Below, one piece after another: positions 54,831 through 64,000 of a stretch of DNA of 64,000 nt. The position numbers and the translations under genes are program-made. Origin of the DNA: Eledone cirrhosa (lineage: Eukaryota); the NCBI GenBank assembly GCA_964016885.1, contig OZ024764.1, positions 1,178,001 to 1,242,000 of the forward strand. Reading direction: 5' to 3'. A model generated the notes under the pieces. The model worked only from the letters and a program-made list of their open reading frames with translations. It had not been told where the DNA came from and made no database searches. Position 1 is the first letter of the stretch; the number at the start of each line of letters is the position of its first letter.

Positions 54831-54866
54831 TATATATATATATATAGTTTATATATATATATATAT

Positions 54867-54898
<32 letters not shown>

Positions 54899-54905
<7 letters not shown>

Positions 54906-55737
54906 AAGTAATTAAGTCAAATATTTAAGATTTGGCTTCGTTTATTAAAGATGTACTGCTATATATATTTTGGTGACAACCATCATTGGCTGTGACCTCT
55001 TCAGGCAGTTAGAATTGGTGTGGTGGAGACAGGAACACATGTTGTTAAAGTGTTTTACTCCGTCAATACTCCGATATATCCAGCTCTTGGTTGGGTTGTT
55101 ATTTGTCTGAGGAACTGGAATCATATGAATTCGAACAAACGAATTTCGGCATCCTAGGACACTCTCTCCTCCCATTGGTCAGTTGTGAGAACATTCCTCA
55201 GTCAAAAGTCTATAAAAAAAATTTTCTGAGGCAAGACAATCTGTTGTGGTTGTTTTTGTTAAGTACAGCTGACCTCCTCCCTTGTGTTTATTGGTGTTAG
55301 GGGGTCGGCTGGCAGGTCAGCCTTAGTTCTACTGCTGCTGTCTTAGAACACAACGGAGGAGGTCAGCTGTACTTAACAAAAACAACCACAACAGATTGTC
55401 TTGCCTCAGAAAAAAAATGTCTATAGACTTTTGACTGAGGAATGTTCTCACAACTGACCAATGGGAGGAGAGAGTGTCCTAGGATGCCGAAATTCGTTTG
55501 TTCGAATTCATATGATTCCAGTTCCTCAGAGAAATAACAACCCAGCCAGTAGTTGGATATATCGGAGTATTGACGGAGTAAAACACTTTAACAACATGTG
55601 TTCCTGTCTCTACCACACCAATTCTAACTGCCTGAAGAGGTCACAGCCAATGATGGTTGTCACCAAAATATATATAGCAGTACATCTTTAATAAACGAAG
55701 CCAAATCTTAAATATTTGACTCAATTACTTTATTTTA
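54899..55737. repeat. Inverted repeat with arms of about 380 bp (spacer about 75 nt), Penelope-type end with mutated hammerheads
   Basis: 54899-55280 is approximately the reverse complement of 55355-55737. The hammerheads at 54955-55009(-) and 55627-55681(+) read CC-AAAA instead of CC-GAAA. Confidence 0.93.
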
Positions 55738-55827
55738 CATTACTCCGGAGTAACCAAACCAACCTGCGCACTTCGTCGAGTGCTCCAATCTGCATACTGA
55801 GGTGTCGGTAAACAACCAACATATACT

Positions 55828-55867
<40 letters not shown>

Positions 55868-55943
55868 CGAAGGAAATGTGGTAAGGAACCAGGTGGACCA
55901 TAACGCACCAAAGTACTCAATACTTAGGGTAGTAGAGTGGGTA

Positions 55944-56073
55944 ATAGGAACGAGTAGGACCCCGACGGCTGAGCTCAAGCCGTTTCGACGGCTAATTCTG
56001 GACTAAATTTTTAGTCCAGAATTAGCCGTCGAAATGGCTTGAGCTCAGCCGTCGGGGTCCTACTCGTTCCTAT
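55944..56073. repeat. 130-bp palindrome retaining hammerhead 3' halves
   Basis: Each arm reads outward GAAA(C/U)GGCU-UGAGCUC-AGCCGUC/GGGGU. The CUGANGA half is absent. Confidence 0.85.
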
Positions 56074-56146
56074 ATATATATATATATATAAATATATATT
56101 TTGAGTATATGTTGGTTGTTTACCGATCGTTATACTGTAACCATCA

Positions 56147-56830
56147 TTAGAAATCTACATTTTCATATTACAAACGCTACCAGGATTGAACGCCTGTCTC
56201 CATCTCCGTTTGATTGTCAAAATACATATTAAAATTCTCTATTAGTCTTAATTCTATCAACTCTTCTATTCTTTACCATTTAATATAAACTGCTATAGAT
56301 AAAATGAGATTTCTTAATTCAATTCCCTAATGCATATACCAGCAGGCTACCAGCATTGTTGTTATACAGTAGCAGTGAAAATCTCTCTCTTCCTTAATTG
56401 ACACTTTATATCTATTATTACTACTACACCAAACGACCAGCCCTGTCCATTGTTTAATTGGTCAAGTATAGATTAAAATAGGCACTCCCAAAAATTCTTA
56501 TTTAGATAAAGCCATATACTCATTGTATTCTCATTAGAAACCTTCTATATACTTGTTTACCAGCAAATTGAATTGCCATCTGTCATATACTATCCCTTCT
56601 CTTCTTCCTTTCTTACAACTAATATAAATACTTTAATTTTACTGATTTTTTCCAATTTATCCAATATCTCTGAAGAAGTGACAATTGATTATACATTTGC
56701 TATCGAATACTTGCTAACATTATATGATTACGCAAGCAGCGATACATAGGTATTCCGTCTGTTACAGAAACATATGTCAATACCTAATAAATTCCTTTAT
56801 AAAAGCACTTTCATTTTATATTCATCTTTT
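56147..56830 (+). mobile_element. Putative Penelope-like element 3' remnant (GIY-YIG C-terminus plus pLTR)
   Basis: LEIYIFILQTLPGLN resembles the E..WI..L.T..P.GLN end of PLE GIY-YIG endonucleases. Downstream are ctgaagaag and aggtatt...gaaac-atat-gtc-aatacct-aataaa. Confidence 0.5.
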
Positions 56831-57002
56831 CTATATATATATATAGAGAGAGAGATTTTGAGTATGTGTTGGTTGTGTACCAACACCTCAGTATGCAGGC
56901 TGGAGCACTCGACGAAGTGCGCAGGTTGGTTTGGTTACTCCGGAGTAATGTAAAATAAAGTTAAATAAAAAGTAAAATGTTTAAAATTTAGCTTCGTTTA
57001 TT

Positions 57003-57057
57003 ACTGCTATATATATTTCAGTGACAGCCATCTTTGGCTGTGACCTCTTCAGGCAGT
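57003..57057 (-). ncRNA. Minimal type-I hammerhead ribozyme motif
   Basis: Reverse complement of 57278-57332. Confidence 0.8.
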
Positions 57058-57277
57058 CCAAATTAGTGTGGTATAGACAAGTACATATGTTGTTGAGGTG
57101 TATAATATTGTCAATACTCTGATATGCCCAGTTCCTTGTTGGGTTGTTATTTCACTGAGGAACTGGAATCATTTCCTCAGTGAAATAACAACCCAACCAG
57201 GAACTGGGCATATCAGAGTATTGACAATATTATACACCTCAACAACATATGTACTTGTCTATACCACACTAATTCAA

Positions 57278-57332
57278 ACTGCCTGAAGAGGTCACAGCCA
57301 AAGATGGCTGTCACTGAAATATATATAGCAGT
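57278..57332 (+). ncRNA. Minimal type-I hammerhead ribozyme motif, predicted cleavage after 57327 (AUA)
   Basis: ACUGC-CUGAAGA-[GGU c ACAGCC aaagau GGCUGU c ACU]-GAAAU-AUAU-AUA/GCAGU, followed by AAUAAA. Confidence 0.85.
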
Positions 57333-57381
57333 AATAAACGAAGCTAAATTTTAGACATTTGACTTTTTATTTAACTTTATT

Positions 57382-57446
<65 letters not shown>

Positions 57447-57493
57447 GAGAAGTGAGGTTCTATACAAAACAGTGGGTATAGAGAAAAGATGGA

Positions 57494-57736
57494 GTTGGAA
57501 ATAGCACGGGAGATATGTTTAAGGATCTGATTTTCATTTTTGATTCGTCAAAGTGACATTATTGAAAAGTTAGTGTCATTGAAAAGATAATGTTACTAAA
57601 AAAAGAGGGACAATTCTTTTTTGAAAATGTATTTATGGAGTATATAAAGTGTATGGAAAAATTACTGGTTTCGATGTATTGAAAAGAAAAAAAGAAAAAC
57701 AGACCCTTAAACATATCTCCCGTGCTATTTCCAACT
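57494..57736. repeat. Inverted repeat of about 35 bp with a spacer of about 170 nt
   Basis: gttggaaatagcacgggagatatgtttaagg and ccttaaacatatctcccgtgctatttccaac. Confidence 0.8.
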
Positions 57737-57897
57737 TGATCTTTTCTCTATCTCTCTCTCTCTATATATATGTAGGAGGTGAGTTTTATTGTAGCACAAT
57801 AAAGCAATGCAAATATCAGATAAGTAGCACTCAACAGTTTATTGGACTGGAGTATAAATAATATATACGATCAAAAGATGGTTAAAAGAGTTCCATG

Positions 57898-57968
57898 TAT
57901 TTTATTATGAGCATTTCAAAAACAAATATCATCCAGGGACGATATTTGCGTTCTCATCAGATAAAATA
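57898..57968 (-). ncRNA. Minimal type-I hammerhead motif (loop 3 GCUC variant)
   Basis: Antisense arm of 58192-58262. Confidence 0.7.
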
Positions 57969-58191
57969 GGGAGACATGATATGCAGCTTAAAAAAGACAT
58001 TGTTAGCAAGGTAGTGTCTAAACAACATATAATAAATAAATTTAAAAGGATATAGGAGATTGGAAAAAAGGAAAGGAGGGGGAGAAAAGTAAGGAAGAGG
58101 AAGAAAGGAGAAAGAAAATTTATTTATTATATGTTGTTTAGACACTACCTTGCTCACAAGTGTCTTTTTTAAGCTTCATATCATGTCTCCC

Positions 58192-58262
58192 TATTTTATC
58201 TGATGAGAACGCAAATATCGTCCCTGGATGATATTTGTTTTTGAAATGCGCATAATAAAATA
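58192..58262 (+). ncRNA. Minimal type-I hammerhead ribozyme motif, predicted cleavage after 58254 (AUA)
   Basis: UAUUUUAU-CUGAUGA-[GAA c GCAAAUAUCGUC ccug GAUGAUAUUUGU u UUU]-GAAAU-GCGC-AUA/AUAAAAUA. Confidence 0.85.
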
Positions 58263-58293
58263 CATGGAACTCTTTTAACCGTCTTTTAATTTC

Positions 58294-58328
<35 letters not shown>

Positions 58329-58337
58329 TTAATATAG

Positions 58338-58394
58338 ATGAGATTCTACAGGACTAGAACTGTTTCATTCTTTAGAAATCATCAGGAATCTCAT
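58338..58394 (-). ncRNA. Type-I hammerhead ribozyme motif (GUA site)
   Basis: AUGAGAUUC-CUGAUGA-[U UUC uaaa GAA U]-GAAACAG-UUCUAGUC-CUGUA/GAAUCUCAU. Stem I 9 bp, stem III 4 bp. Confidence 0.8.
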
Positions 58395-58654
58395 ATAACG
58401 TATATATATATATATATATATATAAAATAAAATAAAATAAATAGGTCAAATGTTTAAAATTTGGCTTCGTTTATTACTGCTATATATATATATAAACGAA
58501 GCCAAATTTTAAACATTTGACTTATTTATTTTATTTTATTTTACATTACTCCGGAGTAACCAAACCAACCTGCGCACTTCGTCGAGTGCTCCAATCTGCA
58601 TACTGAGGTGTTGGTATACAACCAACATATACTCAAAATGTATATATATATATA

Positions 58655-58988
58655 TCATCATTTCATTTTACGTCCACATTTCCCTGCTTGCAAGGGTGAG
58701 ACGGGAACTGATTCTGGCCTCATTTCTACAGCTGGATGCCCTTCCTAACACCAACCTCATTTACAGTGAGTGCTGGGTGCTTTTTTTGCCGTGGCACCTC
58801 CACGACCACTTTGCAGTGGAATGATAGGGACCCCAGTCCCTATCATCTCATTTCTACAGCTGAGTAAACTGGAGCAATGTGAAATAAAGTGTCTTGCTCA
58901 AGGAAACAACACATCACCCGGTCTGAGAATTGAACTCACAACCTTTCGATTGCAAGGCCAATGCTCTAACCACTAAGCCATGTGCCTC
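58655..58988 (-). mobile_element. Full-length tRNA-SINE (short RTE tail)
   Basis: Matches 16031-16373. Confidence 0.88.
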
Positions 58989-60051
58989 AATATACATATA
59001 TATATGCGACTGTTTTTAACATCCACACAGCCAACACATTGTATAAGAAAGGGGGGGATATAGATTCACACGTGTTAAACTTGATATAAATAAATATCTA
59101 AGGTTAGTTAAAGAAATATTCCCACACTCTTTTGTTGTCACTGTTGTTGTTGTTGTTGTTGTAACACTCACGTGTATGACATATTCAACTGTTGGGCAAA
59201 CTCCAACGTGAACATCTCTCCACTGTATTGTAACTCTGGCAAGGAAGGGAAGTCTGTCTTTCCTGTTGTCTGGTTGCTATGGTGACAGATCTTGTCTGGC
59301 TGACACATAGCCGGCCCCTGGGTATTTGGTACCCTAGGTTAGTCACACAGTATGTACCTGGGTATTTGGTACCCTAGGTTAGTCACACATTATGTACCTG
59401 GGTATTTAGTGTTCTTGGCTAGTTCTACAATATATACCTGGGTATTTAACATACTAGGGTAGCCCTGCTGTTTTTGCCTGGGTATTTAGTGATCTAGACT
59501 AGTTCTGCAATATACGACTGGGTATTTAGTACCCTAGGTTAGCTCTACAGTGTGTACCTGGGTATTTAGTACCCTAGGTTAGCTCTACAGTGTGTACCTG
59601 GGTATTTAGTACCCTAGGTTAGCTCTACAGTGTGTACCTGGGTATTTAGTACCCTAGGTTAGTCACACAGTATGTACCTGGGTATTTGGTGTACCTACAT
59701 ATAAACTATATATATATACATTATATATACACTACATACACACTATATACATATATATATACATTGATATTAATATATATATAGTGTATATATAATGGGT
59801 AAAAGGGTGAAAGAAGCGATTCTTTGCTTAAACTTTAATCTGTTCTTATAATAAATATTTGCTCTATGGGTTTATATATATATATATATATATGTAGGAG
59901 GTGAGTTTTATTGTAGTACAATAAAGCAATGCACATATCGGATAATAAGCACTCTACAGTTTGTAGGACTGGAGTATACATAATATATGGATATGTTGAT
60001 TTAAAACTGAACTATCCACAAGTGTTTTTTAACCTTCATATCATGTCTTCA

Positions 60052-60122
60052 TGTTTTATCTGATGAAAACACAAATATTATTGCATGATGATATTTGTTT
60101 TTGAAATGCGCATAATAAAATA
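60052..60122 (+). ncRNA. Minimal type-I hammerhead motif (GCGC family), predicted cleavage after 60114
   Basis: UUUUAU-CUGAUGA-[AAA c ACAAAUAUUAUU gcau GAUGAUAUUUGU u UUU]-GAAAU-GCGC-AUA/AUAAAA. Confidence 0.8.
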
Positions 60123-60152
60123 CATGGAACTCTTTTAACCATCTTTTGTTCT

Positions 60153-60185
<33 letters not shown>

Positions 60186-60394
60186 AGTATGTATACTTAC
60201 ATACATATATGTATACAGACATACAGTAGTATGTATATATATACATACATGCACACATATATATATGTACGTATGTGTTTACCAAACATTTATTATAATG
60301 TTCGGTTTGTTTGTAAACAAACAAACAGCCTGAATTAAGCCGTACAGTGTTCGGCAACCATCGTTGCCCGTTTTTGTTCAACACTGACAAAGGA

Positions 60395-60437
60395 ACGATA
60401 TACTAGTTTCTAGCTTATTAGCTATCATCAGCACCGT
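60395..60437 (-). ncRNA. Ultra-minimal hammerhead motif (1-bp stem III, CUAG loop)
   Basis: ACGGUG-CUGAUGA-[UAGCU aaua AGCUA]-GAAA-CUAG-UA/UAUCGU. Confidence 0.75.
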
Positions 60438-60614
60438 ATACCTTCCTGTCAGATGATTGAACGTTTGAAAGTATATACTTTCCTTATGCATATTAACGGC
60501 TGAGCAGCCTAATTTGTATATCGAGTGAGTTAGTCGGCCGGGCGCACCGTCAACGATAAATGGAAAAAATGAAATTTCATTTCTCACTCTTAGTACGGCT
60601 GATACTTAAATATA

Positions 60615-62562
60615 AGTATGTATACGTACATACATATATGTATACAGACGTACAGTAGTATATATATACATACATACATGCACACACACATATATATATG
60701 TATACAGACGTACAGTAGTATATATATATATACATACATGTATACATACATATATATATGTATACAGACATACAGTAGTATGTATATACATACATGCACA
60801 CACACATATATATATGTATACAGACATACAGTAGTATGTATATACATACATACACACACACATATATATATGTATACAGACATACAGTAGTATGTATATA
60901 CATACATACATGCACACACATATATATATATGTATACAGACATACAGTAGTATGTATATACATACATACATGCACACACATATATATATATGTATACAGA
61001 CATACAGTAGTATGTATATATATACATACATGCACACACACATATATATATGTATACAGACATACAGTAGTATGTATATACATACATACACACACACATA
61101 TATATATGTATACAGACATACAGTAGTATGTATATACATACATACATGCACACACATATATATATATGTATACAGACATACAGTAGTATGTATATATATA
61201 CATACATGCACACACACACATATATATATATGTATACAGGCATACCGTAGTATGTATATACATACATGCACACACACATATATATATGTATACAGACATA
61301 CAGTAGTATGTATATACATACATACACACACACATATATATATGTATACAGACATACAGTAGTATGTATATACATACATACATGCACACACATATATATA
61401 TATGTATACAGACATACAGTAGTATGTATATATATACATACATGCACACACACACATATATATATATGTATACAGACATACAGTAGTATGTATATACATA
61501 CATACATACACACATATATATATGTATACAGACATACAGTAGTATGTATATATATACATACATGCACACACACACATATATATATATGTATACAGACATA
61601 CAGTAGTATGTATATACATACATACATACACATATATATATATGTATACAGGCATACAGTAGTATGTATATACATACATGCACACACACACATATATATA
61701 TGTATACAGACATACAGTAGTATGTATATACATACATACATGTACACACATATATATATATGTATACAGACATACAGTAGTATGTATATATATACATACA
61801 TGCACACACACATATATATATGTATACAGACATACAGTAGTATGTATATACATACATACATACATATATATATGTATACAGACATACAGTAGTATGTATA
61901 TACATACATACATACACACACACATATATATATGTATACAGACATACAGTAGTATGTATATACATACATACATACACACACACATATATATATATGTATA
62001 CAGACATACAGTAGTATGTATATACATACATACATGCACACACACATATATATATGTATACAGACATACAGTAGTATGTATATACATACATACATGTATA
62101 CACATATATATATATATGTATACAGACATACAGTAGTATGTATATACATACATACACACACACATATATATATGTATACAGACATACAGTAGTATGTATA
62201 TACATACATACACACACATATATATATGTATAGACATACAGTAGTATGTATATACATACATACATGCACACACACATATATATATATGTATACAGACATA
62301 CAGTAGTATGTATATATATACATACATGCACACACACACATATATATATATATACAGACATACAGTAGTATGTATATACATACATACACACACACATATA
62401 TATATGTATACAGACATACAGTAGTATGTATATATATACATACATGCACACACACACATATATATATGTATACAGACATACAGTAGTATGTATATACATA
62501 CATACACACACACATATATATATGTATACAGACATACAGTAGTATGTATATACATACATACA
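60615..62562. repeat. Compound minisatellite of about 56-62 bp (tgtatacagacatacagtagtatgtata(taca)n(ca)n(ta)n)
   Basis: About 33 recurrences of cagacatacagtagta; source of the 650-aa artefact ORFs. Confidence 0.95.
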
Positions 62563-62917
62563 ACATTATATATGCCTTTGTTAAAATATAGATTCTTTAG
62601 AATAACGTTTTTCGCAGCGTTTTCTTGCTTGACTGTAGTGTGACCCTTACGCTGACTTCTTTCTTTCTTCTTTTTTTCTTTCTTTCTTCTCTCTTTCTTT
62701 CTTTCTTTCTTCCCCTTTTTTATTTTTTTATTCTTTGACGGAGAGGTGGTAGTACATTATAAGCCTTCGCCCCCTCACCAGATGGTCATTAGCAGATCGA
62801 GTTGCCTTCACTTTGAGGGCGACTGGCCGAGGTGAAGGCAGCTAGTTGGTCAGTCGTCCTCTCTGTCTCTGATTTTTCGGATCCATGGTTTTTACATGTT
62901 CCTTTGTTATATTTCGA

Positions 62918-62975
62918 ATACCTGATGATATCACCGGATTCATATGGAACCTGGTCATTGAAATGATCATAGTAT
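62918..62975 (+). ncRNA. Minimal type-I hammerhead ribozyme motif, predicted cleavage after 62971 (AUA)
   Basis: AUAC-CUGAUGA-[U AU c ACCGG...CUGGU c AU U]-GAAAU-GAUC-AUA/GUAU, immediately followed by AAUAAA. Confidence 0.78.
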
Positions 62976-63612
62976 AATAAACCTTTCAAGGATTTACACA
63001 AGTCCAGCCTCCCGTTATTTTTATTTATAATTAACTCCGTATTCGCACCACCAACTACACAAACGAAGACGGGTGAACTGCACTGCGTTGACTACTCTCC
63101 ACAATATTACACCAATGCTAGCGTGGAAGAACGGACGTAAAACGGTGATGATGATGATGATGATTGACCATACGGAATAACCAATTCTATCCAGTGGTGA
63201 AACAACAAACCTAAAAATACACTGCTAGTATATATATATATTCATATAAGTATTGAAATTTCCGTTGAAAACAGAAAAGGTCATAGAGGTGAAGAGTGCT
63301 CTATGTAAGTACCAGAGCAAAATTTAATGTATAAAAATTAATACAATATAATTCATATATATATATATATATATATATATCATAAAACATGTCTATAGAA
63401 TCACCAGATAAAATATATACCATTTCCTCTCCCAATTAGCATAATCAACTATATTAAAAATCGAATAGACCAGGCTATAAGAATAAGGCTTCTATGAAGA
63501 AATCCCCAACAAATAACTGAAACTAGCCCTTCGTGTCGGCTGCGACGGAATATTTATCGAATATTTCGACAGCGTAATCACCCAGATATACAGTTAATTA
63601 AGTATATATATA

Positions 63613-63645
63613 TACTAGCAGTGTATCCCGGCGTTGCTCGGGTAA
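63613..63645 (+). mobile_element. Possible Helitron-like non-autonomous element 5' end
   Basis: tactagcagtgtatcccggcgttgctcggg resembles the TACTAGC...CCCG...CGGG subterminal hairpin of such elements. No other end was seen. Confidence 0.3.
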
Positions 63646-63689
63646 GAAGATTGGTAATAACACCTCCAATGAGAAACGTTTATTTGTGA

Positions 63690-63940
63690 GTGCCTGTTAA
63701 ATCTCACGAACTGGACATGCTCACCGACACCCAGAGTTGACACTGCTCTCAGTGCTCCTGTGGGAGTCCCTGCATGGACAGAGGAAGACCGAAGTTAACA
63801 TATTTTGATGACCTCAGGACAGACACTGGTCTGTTGGAGACGCAGGACATGGCAGCGATAATGAGGGACAGAGACTGCTGGAGAGAACTCGTCCATGGAT
63901 CTCGGGAATTTTACCCGCCCTAGATAGATAGATAGATAGA
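63690..63940 (+). mobile_element. RTE/RTEX-type LINE 3' fragment with (AGAT)n tail
   Basis: TGHAHRHPELTLLSVLLWESLHG, a frameshift, then RGRPKLTYFDDLRTDTG...MRDRDCWRELV...* and (agat)n. Confidence 0.7.
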
Positions 63941-64000
63941 TATATTTTTTATGTGTATATTTATATATATGTATATGTGTGTATATATATAATCATCATC

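Larger units (their letters stand above)
56952..57383. repeat. Inverted repeat with 211-bp arms (10-nt loop) and an intact hammerhead in each arm
   Basis: 56952-57162 versus 57173-57383; same family as 54899-55737. Confidence 0.95.
57873..58287. repeat. Inverted repeat with arms of about 171 bp, purine-rich spacer and a hammerhead in each arm
   Basis: 57873-58043 versus 58116-58287. Confidence 0.93.

Noticed and set aside
60577-62566. 650-660 aa ORFs in three minus frames
   Set aside because: A low-complexity minisatellite lacking stop codons on that strand.

Overview
Repeat-dominated, AT-rich eukaryotic (metazoan) genomic DNA. The (TA)n load, RTE-tailed tRNA-SINEs and Penelope-type remnants suggest a mollusc, probably an octopod cephalopod (inference, not proven). 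Only one convincing host coding exon is visible (minus strand 3384-4643, about 419 aa, possible N-terminal PH/PTB-like fold). The rest consists of: (i) a 40-bp minisatellite in one 11.5-kb array and seven smaller arrays, a 48-bp minisatellite expanded from an RTE/SINE 3' region, a 103-bp and a roughly 58-bp tandem repeat, and many microsatellites; (ii) truncated RTE and R4/Dong non-LTR retrotransposons and two tRNA-SINE families; (iii) a five-unit tandem duplication of about 4 kb (32.2-52.1 kb) whose junctions are SINE-head/LINE-tail chimeras. The most striking signal is 14 complete or near-complete minimal type-I hammerhead ribozyme motifs from about 7 sequence families, plus several half-motifs. 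Many sit as divergent sense/antisense pairs inside long fold-back palindromes embedded in (TA)n, consistent with Penelope-like element pseudo-LTR remnants. Almost all other ORFs in the track are repeat artefacts.
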